From Corallochytrium limacisporum Hawaii (Eukaryota; Protista; Pluriformea), in the NCBI GenBank assembly GCA_002811645.1, contig PDIP01000259.1, positions 9,768 through 73,767 of the forward strand: 64,000 nucleotides of DNA, written 5' to 3'. This document shows positions 10,020-20,945 of this stretch, piece after piece. The translations under genes and the position numbers were made by a program. The stretch's first letter is position 1; the number at the start of each line of letters is the position of its first letter. The notes beneath the pieces are model-generated. The model was given only the letters and a program-made list of their open reading frames with translations, did no database searches and had not been told where the DNA came from.

Positions 10020-11870
10020 GCACCATTCAAACAAAAAAGAAAGAAGGCCACAGACAGACAGAGCGAGAGAGAGAGAGAGAGCGAGCAAAGTGAGAGAGAT
10101 AGTATGTGTGTTTTGTGTTGGGTTATACGCCTCTCTTCCCTGGGGCCCGCTCACTCGTCCCTTGCCCAGGGGGGGGCGGTGGTGCCCCGCCCGCCCTTTC
10201 TTCCATGCCCCGCGTTCCTCCTCCCTTCCCCCGGGGCTCCCTGCCCTTCCGTCCGACGACCGAGAAAAAAAAAAAGGAAAAGGAAAAAGACCAGTGTGCC
10301 AAGTACTGCACTTCCTCACAAATTCCCCGGTGCTAAGAACATGAAATCGTCAAAGAAAAACGACGAGAAAATAAGGCAGACAGACGACCGCCGACCACTG
10401 TCTCCCCTTCCACACACACACACACACCCTCGGCCACAGAAAAAAAAGTAAACATTGCGGAAGTACTGGGCTCCTCTGCCCAGTTTGAACGGGCTCCGTT
10501 TGCACCTTTGCCTTTGGGCCAACGTCGGTCGGTGTTGTGCCGGTGCTGGCACAGCCGCGTCCAAACCCTTACCGCCGTCGTGCCAGCTGAAAAAGGGGGG
10601 ACAGGGGGCTTGGGGGGTTGGGTGGTGGTAGTAGTAAAGCAATGGGGAGAAAGACGGAAAAGAGGGAAGGGGGGGGCAGGCCAGAGAGGGAACCCGCTCC
10701 ACGGCGAGGGAGGGAGGGAGAGAGAGCGAGTGACATTGTCCAAATCGGGACAAGAAGGAACACTGACACAGAGAGAGAGAGAGAGAGACACACACACACA
10801 CACACGCGGGGGCAGGGTGCCGCTCTCTTTGCTTTCCTCTCTGTGTCTCTCAGAGTGAAGTAAGTGAGTGGTGGCGATGTGTGTGTGTGTGGAGAGAGAG
10901 AGAGAGAGAGAGAGGGCGAGGGGGTACACTGGAGAACAGGCACGCATATTTCCTTTGTTTTTTTTTGAACGTGTCACCGTTCCTTCACACACCTCTCACT
11001 CACATCCGCACTCGAGGAAGGAAAGAACCCGCCCGGGAGAAAAAAAATGAAAGGAGAACGGGGGAGACCGGGGAGGGTCGAGGGGGGACGGGTGTGTTTG
11101 GATCGGGCTTGTTGTGTCAATGTCCCACTGCCCCACACCGAAGCACACGGAAAGCAGAACGTGCCCGGCGGAGAATCGGTGCTTTAGGTAGTAGAGCAAG
11201 AGAGAGAGGGCAAGAGACAGAGACGGAGAGACAGCAGACGAGAGAACGATCTCTTAACAGCAATCGTGCTCACCGATGTTGGATGGATAGCAAGGAAAGG
11301 ATGAGCCCGGGGAGGCGCGAGGGGAATCCACTGGCCACCAAAACGTGGGTCAGCAAAGGAAGAAAACCAACCGTGCAAAAACTGACAAAAAAAGAGAGAG
11401 AGAGAGAGCGGTAGAAATAGGAAAAAGACAAGAGAGCCCTTGCCCTAAAAATATCGTAGAAAAAATCATTCCTTTTTTTTCTCTATTCTTTCTTTCTGAC
11501 CCAGCCGGCATTTTTCGATGATGACTGAAAGGGAAATCTGGGCTGTTTCTGCCCTGGGGTCTCTTTTGCCTTCTGCCTGAACACGTGCGGACGGACGACG
11601 GAGGGAAAGGAAGGCAGGCGGTGTGTGTGTGTGTGTGGAGGGGGGGTATCTCACTGTCTCCCTCTCTCGCATAAAATGAACCGGCCTCCACCTTTTTGTC
11701 CGCGCGGTGCGTTCCTCATCAAAGAAAAAAAGGGAAAGAATAAAAAAAGAAAGACAAAAAAATACATGAGAAAATAACTAAGGAGGAGGAGCGGGGCCCC
11801 GCGGGGGGGGGTGGTTTGTTCTTTCTTTCGTTTTCTTTTTTTTTTTCATCTTGTCCGGCCAGGGCCCCCG
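10020..11870. repeat. Low-complexity tract upstream of SNAP25 with (GA)n, (CA)n, (GT)n, poly-A and G runs
   Basis: For example (GA)n(CA)n ~10770-10805 and (GT)n(GA)n ~10878-10913. Confidence 0.85.
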
Positions 11871-12422
11871 CGATCAGCGATCAGCGCAGTTTGGTAGTCA
11901 ATGTACGGAATTACTTTCGGGTTAGGGTCACCAGGCAAAAGGCCAAGGCAAGGGAGGGGAGGGGAGGAAGGCGCCGGTTGGCCCGATGATGGCGTTAGGG
12001 GAAGCAGGTACCCTAGGGCTCCCTGGACAATGGCCCCGGGGCGGGGGCCAAGGGAGTATTACGTCGCCATCTGTGCCATAGTGAAAGTACTGAGCCAAGG
12101 CCTGGTCCTGGGACGTGCGGGCCACCACCGACAAAAAGTCGGGATGATATCATGGTCCTATTATATTTGTATACGGACGTTTTTCCACAATCATTATATA
12201 ATATGCGCTTATATTTTAAAACAATATCCGGATGTTCTATATTCAGCATTCCAGTACCGAACCTAACCCCCACCCCGCCTACCAAGGGAAAAGGGGAGGG
12301 GGCCGAAATTCCGCAGTCGGTCGGCCCACAGGACACGTCGACTTGGAGGACAGCCTCCGCATGCCCGCCATCTATTCAGCATACCAGTGCGGGAATAGAG
12401 TGGGAACACAGACTTTGGGCTC

Positions 12423-15400
12423 TCACAACTCCAGCGCCACCCCACAGTGACAGTTTGCGTTCGTCGGATCTACACGGAAGGCCGCGATTCGGAAGAGACT
12501 GCAAAAGGGATCGTAGGGCGTGGCGCGGATGGAAATGACTGTGGCGTTTCCCGGATATAGTGAACTGACATTCTGGGCCTCGCCAAAGACATGTATCGTG
12601 GACTCGGTGTTGAGGAATTGTGTTATGAGGCCCGTGGCTACTTCGCGAATCTCAATACCGTCTGGACCCTGTGCCATGATGAAGCCCTGCCCTTGTTCCT
12701 GAGGAGGAAGCATGCTCTCGGTGCTACCTGGTATTTTGCCACTCCGATGTAGGACGGAACCCAGAGATCCCTGCCACACAACGTTTTCCACGGACAGAGC
12801 CTTCGTGGCCTCGTCGACATCAGCTAGCCAACGGAAGGAAGTGATCTTCTTCAGTGACAGCGGAATGGCCTTCCGACTGAGACTGCCACGTCCCCTGCGG
12901 CTTAGCGTGTGTACCTCTCCGTCCATGCAGAGCAGAATGCGATGATCTGGCATCTGTTTGACACCCACGACATTGTCCGCGGGCAGCGAAGAGAGTGAAA
13001 TGTTCTCACGGGACAATTTCATGACCTCAAGCTCACGTTTCGATTTAGCACCTTCGCCAGTTGTGAATTCCTCCAGAGCACCCCGATTGAAGTCCAGCAT
13101 TGAGAGACGGATTTCTCCGTTCTCCAGGTTCAAGAACACTCCGGTGCAGATGGCGGGCAGACCCTTGCCCTGCAGAATCAGCTCAAAGACATCGGATGGC
13201 TTGATTGGTTTGTCTATCAGGGTTGGTAGCAACCGGGACGATCGCGTTGTGTTTCCCGCCAACCAGTGATAGTCATTGTCACCACTGACTTCGCTCGATC
13301 CATCGCCCAGTTCCGAATCGGGTGTCCGACCCTCGAGTCGCATGTTTGATGTGCTTGTGGGTCGCGATTCTAATTTCTGCGATGACTGGTAGTTTTCAAC
13401 GTGTGCTTCCACCAGATTTAGGAAATTGTGCTGGTGTTCTTTCGAGGTCCACTTCAACAGGCGCACCGAGCGCTTAATGACAGGATTTACTGGTGTCGTG
13501 TCGTGGAGACCGAACCCAGAGCTCCTCAGAGCACGTTCTGGGGCCACCTCTGTGCGACAGTCGACAGCAAGGTACAGACCATTCCGCTCAGTGTCAAGGG
13601 CCAATGCCATGGACACCACATCACGGGTTTTTGGCACTGTTAATCCCCTGTAGTCATTAAGTCGCTTTAGTTTCGGATCCCGCAGACGCTTCAACGTGCG
13701 AGACTCTCCAAACTTGACAAAGTTTTCGAACATAGACAGTGGATACAGCACACAGTTAGTGTGAATCTTCGGGTCCCTGTACCCCTTGCGCAGAAATCCT
13801 CTAGCAGTCTCAACGTGCTCTGATCCGTGTTCGTCTTCAATGACGAGCAGACGATCAATCTCAGGGATCGCAATCATGGCATGAAATGGCCTCAGGAAAA
13901 TGAGGCGCACATCACTGGGCGCCAGAACCTTACTAAGGCTCCCAGGCTCCTCCGTGCGGAAAACGTAGATTCCGCCTTCAGGGCCATGGGCCTCCGGATC
14001 CGCGGCTACCACTCCGTAGCTGATTCCAGGTGTGATAGGGTCCTTCCACACGGTGACATGCTTTGCGCAGAGTGGCAGTTGAGGGAAGAGCGGCTGCAGA
14101 ATCATGCGTGTGACCTTTGGCTTATCATCCCGGGGTTCTTCTGTCCTGTCTGTCTGATGGTTTACAGGCGACGAACCCTTCATGTCTATCTTCTCCTGTT
14201 CCTGCTTAAACATGTCTCTAACCGGGGCTATTTCATCTGCAATCATTTGGTTCGTCAGACATTCGTCAATGTGATCATTCTGCCGAGTAATCTCGAGACC
14301 ATCCATGCGGTACTTTAAGCAAATGGGGCAAACCACAACCTGATACTGGTGGTCTTCAGCAATCGGATTCTCCAATTCCCCAATGTGACTGCTCATGCGG
14401 GCACGTCGCCGGGCGCTACGATCCGTAAGTGGTCCACCATCATCGGATCCCATGGATCGGTGAGACTTGCTACGCAGCAGGCTCTCTGCTGACAGCACGG
14501 ATTCGTCGTCGTCGCTCATCTGGCTATCCTCAACTTGTTCCATACTAAAGAAATCAACGTTTCCCCGAGGGGTCTGAATCGGCCGCAGGAGCGATTTCAT
14601 ACTTCCGGCTGATCCGGGCCTCTCCAGGCCCTTGATGCGATCCATTTGCAGGCCTGGTACCCGTGGGGCGGCCGCCGAAGTGCCACCTCCATCACTGTCC
14701 AGAGAACTGTCACTTATCAATCCCTTTGCCCGAGAAGATGGATCCACATCTAGTTTTGCTTCCTTGGCAAGATGCGGATATGCTCGCCAAATGCGTTCAG
14801 TTAGTGGGTTGTACCGGCCGTCGCTCTTATTTGATTGAGAGCTGATTGAGGTCGAGCGACTGAATTCGCGAGACACACTGCGACCTGATGGATCGGCGGA
14901 GACCACCACATTCAGGAAGTTCTCACCCTGTAGACGCCGTGCACTGGCACGCTGCGGTGGATCTTTGCATAGACAGCTGAGCAGGAATAACTTCAAATCT
15001 GTGCTCCACATGTCCGGCTGATCCAGACCTGGCGGCTCATTGTCAATAATCAAACGCAAAGCGCGCATGGGATGTTCTTCCCAGTACGGTGGTCGAGCAT
15101 GACACATTTCTAATATCGTTATACCCAGGCTCCATATGTCACATACGCTGCTGAGTCGTGGTGGCTCGTAGCTGTGTGCTTGCAGTTCGTCCCCAAGATC
15201 GACATTATTGTCAAGGATCTCTCCAGTGTCGTAGTTCTCGATGGCGATCTCGATCTGTGTGTCGGACCCGGTCTGCCCTCCGTTGAACATGCCATCGCCT
15301 GTCAAGCTATCTACACTACCGATTCTTTCCAAATTGAGTCTGTTCGCGGATTGGAAACCGTAGCCATCGTACTCGACGTGACCCTTCAGCTGCTCCTGTG

Positions 15401-16112
15401 CCTGCTCAATCACTTCTGGCGCACACCAGTAGGGACTGCCGACAAAGAAGGCTGCCTGGCCCAAGTCTCGATCTCTTCCGGACCCTGTTGCTGCGGCCAG
15501 CAAATTTGCTAAGCTACCGAGTTCTTCTTCATTGATTGCAATTTCTTGCGCAGCGGGTGTCTCTGCATCTTTGAATCGACTGGCTGTGCCAAAATCGCCA
15601 AGCTTAATGTCGCCTCGTGCGGTCAACAGCACATTACCACACTTAATATCACGGTGTACTATTCCCCGATCACTGAGAAAGGCGAGAGCATTCACCAAGG
15701 CATTGGTAACTACCCTAATGCAGTCCTCGTCCAACGGACCCTCAATCTCGAGCAAAGTGTCCAAGCTGCCGGCAGCACAGAATTCCAAGACCAGCGTGTC
15801 TTGCATCGGATGATCATCGTTTCGAATGATCGAATAGAGTGAGAGAATATTCGGATGCCGGCATTCATTGAGAAATTGGAACTCTAGTGCTAAGGACTGC
15901 AAGATTTCGTCTGCGGCAGCATCTCCACTAGCCTGATCAAATACTTTGGCTGCTACTAAATTACCCGTGGTCAAATCTTCTGCCTTATATACGGTACCAA
16001 AGGATCCGTCTCCAATCTGTTTCAGTAATTTCAGCTTGTTGTTAATGACGCGGTGCTGTTTAAACCGGAGGCCGCGCAGTCGCGGCGGTGAAGACTCCGG
16101 ACTGCGATACAT
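12423..16112 (-). CDS. STE20/GCK-family Ser/Thr kinase (MAP4K-like) with a UBZ4-type zinc finger and a putative divergent CNH-like C-terminal domain
   Basis: GDGSFG, AAK, HRDIKCGN, DFG, GSPYWCAPE, DIWSLG and HPMRAL (GCK signature). CPIC...NDHIDECL is the zinc finger. The beta-rich C-terminus with GIEIREV resembles CNH. ATG at 16112. Confidence 0.85.
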   Translation of the reverse strand: MYRSPESSPPRLRGLRFKQHRVINNKLKLLKQIGDGSFGTVYKAEDLTTGNLVAAKVFDQASGDAAADEILQSLALEFQFLNECRHPNILSLYSIIRNDDHPMQDTLVLEFCAAGSLDTLLEIEGPLDEDCIRVVTNALVNALAFLSDRGIVHRDIKCGNVLLTARGDIKLGDFGTASRFKDAETPAAQEIAINEEELGSLANLLAAATGSGRDRDLGQAAFFVGSPYWCAPEVIEQAQEQLKGHVEYDGYGFQSANRLNLERIGSVDSLTGDGMFNGGQTGSDTQIEIAIENYDTGEILDNNVDLGDELQAHSYEPPRLSSVCDIWSLGITILEMCHARPPYWEEHPMRALRLIIDNEPPGLDQPDMWSTDLKLFLLSCLCKDPPQRASARRLQGENFLNVVVSADPSGRSVSREFSRSTSISSQSNKSDGRYNPLTERIWRAYPHLAKEAKLDVDPSSRAKGLISDSSLDSDGGGTSAAAPRVPGLQMDRIKGLERPGSAGSMKSLLRPIQTPRGNVDFFSMEQVEDSQMSDDDESVLSAESLLRSKSHRSMGSDDGGPLTDRSARRRARMSSHIGELENPIAEDHQYQVVVCPICLKYRMDGLEITRQNDHIDECLTNQMIADEIAPVRDMFKQEQEKIDMKGSSPVNHQTDRTEEPRDDKPKVTRMILQPLFPQLPLCAKHVTVWKDPITPGISYGVVAADPEAHGPEGGIYVFRTEEPGSLSKVLAPSDVRLIFLRPFHAMIAIPEIDRLLVIEDEHGSEHVETARGFLRKGYRDPKIHTNCVLYPLSMFENFVKFGESRTLKRLRDPKLKRLNDYRGLTVPKTRDVVSMALALDTERNGLYLAVDCRTEVAPERALRSSGFGLHDTTPVNPVIKRSVRLLKWTSKEHQHNFLNLVEAHVENYQSSQKLESRPTSTSNMRLEGRTPDSELGDGSSEVSGDNDYHWLAGNTTRSSRLLPTLIDKPIKPSDVFELILQGKGLPAICTGVFLNLENGEIRLSMLDFNRGALEEFTTGEGAKSKRELEVMKLSRENISLSSLPADNVVGVKQMPDHRILLCMDGEVHTLSRRGRGSLSRKAIPLSLKKITSFRWLADVDEATKALSVENVVWQGSLGSVLHRSGKIPGSTESMLPPQEQGQGFIMAQGPDGIEIREVATGLITQFLNTESTIHVFGEAQNVSSLYPGNATVISIRATPYDPFCSLFRIAAFRVDPTNANCHCGVALEL

Positions 16113-17194
16113 TGCACACACAATTACCTATACTTGAGTTAAGATCCTTCCATAGTGTCCAAAAAACACGTAGTGTCCCGTATTTATGACACCATATCGG
16201 TCTACGGCGCTAGAAATCCCCATTCAGGGAGATGCCGTCCACGTTACCTATCTGTGGTTTCTTCGTATGCCGGCTTAATGAGGTAAGAAGACTTCGCAAT
16301 ACATCTCACCATTTCCGACATACCTTCTTAATTTATCCTCATCAGTCCGAGGAGACAGCCGTTGGCAGCGCTCCCAACGATTTCCGATGTTCCGCTGAAG
16401 CCTGCGCTTGCCATCGCGCATCCCGCCAGCGCACCGCACACCGTAAGGCCGACCCCCCATAGAAACTCGGCCCTCCAGCCCAGGACGGCATACCCCCGCC
16501 CATCCGGGGCGACCCTACCGGTTTGTGGTGAACTCAACCCGCGCGGGGTGGGGTGGGGGAGGTGGAGGGGAGATTAAATGATCCCTGGCCCAAGTCTGAT
16601 TTGGGCTGCCCAGAGTGCGATTTGTTTTGCCTTTGCCTCCTTCGTGGTTTCCCTCCTTCCTGTGGCGCTTCGTCTTGGGGCTGGGGGGGGGAGGGGGGTC
16701 CAATACTTTTTGGTGCCGTCACGGTATGTGAACAGTTTGAAGCACTTGGGCGAACGGGGCGGTCAGGATCGGTGGTTGGAGGGAGGGAGGAGGCAGGGCA
16801 GAGAAGCGGTAACAGGGCGCTGGGTGCTTGGTAGGCCGACAGCTTGGGGGTGCGCTGGAATTGGACCACGGCAAACCGACACATTGTGACTTTGACTCCG
16901 CTGCGTTGGACACAATGACGAACCAACAGTTTTGCCTAGTGTGCTGAGTTCTATTTTCATCGTCTTGCTGGACGCGTGCGACACGATCGTGGTATATGAA
17001 AGACAACAGAGGGATTTACTGGCAGAGAAACCACAGTGCTATTGCAGCAAGCGACGTGAGTGATGCATGTGGAAATCCGTCCAAGGTGTGCGGTATCTCT
17101 GTTTCGGACAATGGGCAGCACACGGTGATTCATGAAGGAGAGTAAAAAGAGACTTAATTTAGGAGTTAAGTGAGAAGTCAGGCTGCAATACACA

Positions 17195-18751
17195 ATGCGA
17201 GGCGAGTGCATGCTCATAGCCCTACTCTGGGCCTCTGTAGCTTCTTGTAGTATCATCAATGTTGCGCCTCTGCATAACAGTCCAAAGATGATCTATCATC
17301 ATGAAAGCTTGAGCAAAGGTGGTACAGTGACCATTAATGGTGGATGTGCGGAGGTGAATGGCGCTGGCACCAAAGATGGATACATTAGCTATGCAATCTA
17401 TGACTATTCGTACAGTTCAATGGTAGGCAAGTCGGAGAACCATGCACGGATTTCCTGTTGCACAGAGCAGAACATTGGGGATGGATTTGTTTGCAGCGAT
17501 TCAGATCACAAAGCTGGTCTTCTGATAGGAACTGGGCTGGAAACGGTCGAGGTCGAACGCGGTGACCTCCCAAACAACGAGTGCGATGTGGTGGTTATCA
17601 AGAGCATGCCGGTGGACTATGCAGGCATATACGAGGTCAGACTAGAAGGAGCCTGTGGGGAGCCTGTGGTCAACTTTGAGGGAACCATTATATTTAAGAG
17701 TCCACACGGGTATTTGCCGGCCAATGAATACCCTTTGCTCATCTTCTACGGCATCATGACGGCGCTCTATGCTGTTGTTACACTTCTTTGGCTGATTCAA
17801 CAGGCACGGTTCTACGACGATATCCTTCGCTTGCAGCTGCTCATGGGTACCGTGGTAGGCCTGGGCATTGTGAGTATGTCAATGACAACGGCAGACCTGG
17901 ACTATTGGAATAGCCATGGCAGGCGGAGCCGTGCGCTGCATGTCTGCAGCGTGGTCATTAGTGTCTTCCAACATACATTTGCACGACTGCTGCTAATCAT
18001 TGTGGCTATGGGCTTTGGTATTACCAAGCCGCACCTTGGTGACGCATTGGAGAAGAAAATTGTGACCCTCGGACTCTCGTACTTTGCACTGGCCTTTGTT
18101 CATGACATGGGTCAGGGACTAGCCCAGAGTGGCGAGGTTCATGAGCAGGCACCCTTTTTCCTAACAATGGGCATCGCCGTGGTGGACTCCATCGTCATCT
18201 GGTGGACACTCACCAGCATGACCAAAACCATGAACACTCTGAGCATTCGTAACATGCAGACCAAGTTGCGCATGTACCAGATCCTCTTCCGTACTCTAGT
18301 GGGTGTAACCAGTATGGCCGTGCTGCTGATCGTAGGTTTGGCTGTGGTGAACTTCACTGTCAGCCCTGGAGACAAGTGGGAGTACATGTGGCTCACAAAG
18401 TCAATCTGGCCTTTACTTTTCTTCCTCCTGCTGTGCACCATTCTATGGCTCTGGCGACCAACCAGCAACAACACTCGATATGCCTACTCTGCGTTGGAGG
18501 ACGACGAGAACGATAGCTCACCTACCAACAACCACGTCAGTCATGGTGCGCGCGATGGCAACTTTGGAGATCTGAAGATGCGCAGCATGAATCCTCGGAA
18601 CGGCGGTGATGATGAGAACCTGAAGTGGGTTGAAGACAACCTTGGAGGATCAACCAGTCGACAGCGGCTGGAGGAGAATGCCATCATTGGCATCGATGAA
18701 GACGAGGATGAGGTCTTCAATACAAGATTGGAGATCAGCAAGATGGATTAA
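17195..18751 (+). CDS. TMEM87: TMEM87/PTM1 (GOST/LUSTR) seven-TM Golgi protein
   Basis: Signal peptide, luminal domain, GYLPA..YP...FYG, seven hydrophobic helices, LWRPT.NN.RYAYS and C-terminal SKMD. Confidence 0.9.
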   Translation: MRGECMLIALLWASVASCSIINVAPLHNSPKMIYHHESLSKGGTVTINGGCAEVNGAGTKDGYISYAIYDYSYSSMVGKSENHARISCCTEQNIGDGFVCSDSDHKAGLLIGTGLETVEVERGDLPNNECDVVVIKSMPVDYAGIYEVRLEGACGEPVVNFEGTIIFKSPHGYLPANEYPLLIFYGIMTALYAVVTLLWLIQQARFYDDILRLQLLMGTVVGLGIVSMSMTTADLDYWNSHGRRSRALHVCSVVISVFQHTFARLLLIIVAMGFGITKPHLGDALEKKIVTLGLSYFALAFVHDMGQGLAQSGEVHEQAPFFLTMGIAVVDSIVIWWTLTSMTKTMNTLSIRNMQTKLRMYQILFRTLVGVTSMAVLLIVGLAVVNFTVSPGDKWEYMWLTKSIWPLLFFLLLCTILWLWRPTSNNTRYAYSALEDDENDSSPTNNHVSHGARDGNFGDLKMRSMNPRNGGDDENLKWVEDNLGGSTSRQRLEENAIIGIDEDEDEVFNTRLEISKMD

Positions 18752-18881
18752 ACCCAAATTGGAAATTTGACTATGAATTGAGCGTCTAGATTGTTTCAAA
18801 CCTTATGTCCCATCTATGGTCCACCGTTGGCTCTTGCGCTGCTCACTATGCGTCCTTCACGGCAGAGTCAGAGCTCTCTCG

Positions 18882-20525
18882 TCACTTCTTCATTTGTGCA
18901 TCTGGAACCTTTGCGTTCTCGCCGAAGGGGTAGCTGAGTAACAAGATACCTTCCCGATGAAAGACATCTCGAAGACGGCCATTTACACCCCAGCGGAACA
19001 CTATCGCACCCGATCCCAGCTCACTCACGTACTTCCGGCACTGTTTCAGAGTCCGCGCAGTTATGATTTTCTGGTCCGTACCCATGAAATTCTTCGCGTC
19101 AATCCAGTTGATGGGAAACGCACAGTTAGACACCCGAAGAGGGCTATCAAGCCGGAAATCGGGTGTGATTCGGGCGACCAAGCCATTCTTTCTTGCCTCA
19201 ACCCTCTGTTGGTTCTCGGTCTTGAATCTAAGGTTTGGTACTGCGGACAACTCCTTCGAAATAATGCTTTCAAACTGCTGAGCTTGCTTCTGCGTCTCCG
19301 ATTGGTCCGATCCGGTAACGGAATCAACGAGTTCTGCCGCTTCTAGTTGCTTCTTTGCGAGTCCATGGCTCGCGTTCGAAGAGTTCGCATGCGGATTTTT
19401 CATGAACCTCTTGATGGCATCCTTGCTCCACCCTTGGTAGGCCCAAATCGTCCTGAGTGCCCCACAGGGTGGTACATCAAAGCGCTTAGCAATTACAGTG
19501 ATGTGGTCTCCATGTTCGTACGCCTCCGACAATTCGGACGCTTTCCGGGTCATTGTTGAGTAGCCAAACATTACCTTCATTTGTAACAGTTGAGCGCGCA
19601 GACTAGCGGCTTGATCCTCTGTGTATCCAATACCTATCCTCTGCAGTCGGTTCATGATCTGACTCTTGTTTTCAACCTGGCTCCATGTGCAAAAACTGCC
19701 TTTCTGCAGCAATATTGGCTTTGCAAGTCCTTCCCATTCCTGAGGCAAGAAGTCGCATTGGAAGCTAGGTGCCATCACCAGGCTGTCCAGTTCCTCAGCC
19801 TTAAGATTATGCTTCGGATTTCCGGATCTGACCTGGTTTTTTATCCACTTGCCTACTGAACTATGTGGATGATTTCCACGTCTACCTTTGGGTGTAGCGG
19901 GTGCAGATGGTGCTGTTTTTGAATTCGGGGATCCACCTACACTGCTATTACCTGACCGTGGCCCGACCACAATTCCCCTTTCCAACCGACCGGGCAGTCT
20001 TGAGTTTCCCAAGCGAGCAGTCAATGGTCGGTCTGGTATGTCCGTGATTTGCATATGAGTGCCCTGTCTCATTACCGCTGAAACGTTCTTGATAGGCAGG
20101 ACTTCCTGAAGTCGCTTCTCCATCCGTTTCTCATGACGCCTCTCCCTCCGAAGAAACGCCCTTTTCCGCTTTAACTCTCGTGTGTTTGGCGATTCTTCAC
20201 TGTTCAATCTTCCGGCTAGTTTACCGGGGGGTGAAGCCGAGCCCACATTTCGTGCCCTTTCAGAGTCTCTATTATTCTTTTCCGTACGAGCCATTGTTGT
20301 CAAAGCCTTAATTAAGGCCGCGCGGGTCACACAGAGATTGGTGTGTCGCCCATGACTATTCTGCTGTTCAACAAACCACGTCAACGACCCAAACAGGGCT
20401 CTGGGAATCATATTTTCAGCGCGTTGTAATACAGTATCAAGGTATGATCCGGATCGGTTGTGCCGTAATTTCGAAATACCTTTCAGTCTCGCATGTAGCA
20501 TTCCTGGCCGCGTGCCTGTGGCCAT
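18882..20525 (-). CDS. CDIN1/C15orf41-like protein with a C-terminal TPD (PD-(D/E)xK) nuclease-like domain
   Basis: FKTE.QQR...TPDF.L..P...INWIDAKNFMG...Q..KY...LG.GA.VF.WG matches the TPD domain pattern. An alternative start is acaATG at 20294. Confidence 0.7.
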   Translation of the reverse strand: MATGTRPGMLHARLKGISKLRHNRSGSYLDTVLQRAENMIPRALFGSLTWFVEQQNSHGRHTNLCVTRAALIKALTTMARTEKNNRDSERARNVGSASPPGKLAGRLNSEESPNTRELKRKRAFLRRERRHEKRMEKRLQEVLPIKNVSAVMRQGTHMQITDIPDRPLTARLGNSRLPGRLERGIVVGPRSGNSSVGGSPNSKTAPSAPATPKGRRGNHPHSSVGKWIKNQVRSGNPKHNLKAEELDSLVMAPSFQCDFLPQEWEGLAKPILLQKGSFCTWSQVENKSQIMNRLQRIGIGYTEDQAASLRAQLLQMKVMFGYSTMTRKASELSEAYEHGDHITVIAKRFDVPPCGALRTIWAYQGWSKDAIKRFMKNPHANSSNASHGLAKKQLEAAELVDSVTGSDQSETQKQAQQFESIISKELSAVPNLRFKTENQQRVEARKNGLVARITPDFRLDSPLRVSNCAFPINWIDAKNFMGTDQKIITARTLKQCRKYVSELGSGAIVFRWGVNGRLRDVFHREGILLLSYPFGENAKVPDAQMKK

Positions 20526-20945
20526 GTCGTGCCCATTGGGCCAGAGTCGTCGGTGGAGAGACCCGCCATATTTGCGCCTCGAGGCAATGGATCATAGGGA
20601 GGAAAGTAAAGGGAGTCCGTTTTCAACTCTGGCGGGGAACAAGCGGGGAGCTATATGCTTGCCCCTGATCGGTCCCTTGGGGCTACGCGGCAGCTGGGGT
20701 AGGCTTGTGAGCTTTTCTATAGTCAAACCAAATGGCCTTGTCGACAGAGGAAAGGCGCATTAGAACTTGTTGACTGGATGCGTATTTAAGACGAACACGT
20801 ACACATAAAGAACTTATCCGAGGTAGTTGGAGAACGGAAATTATATGAGCGTTATTGCTGGCATCCGGGTCAGCCGGAACTTATGGCGCCAGGTGTTGCA
20901 ACATGTGAGTTTGAATAGGATGACATGTTGATCGCACCTTAAAAT

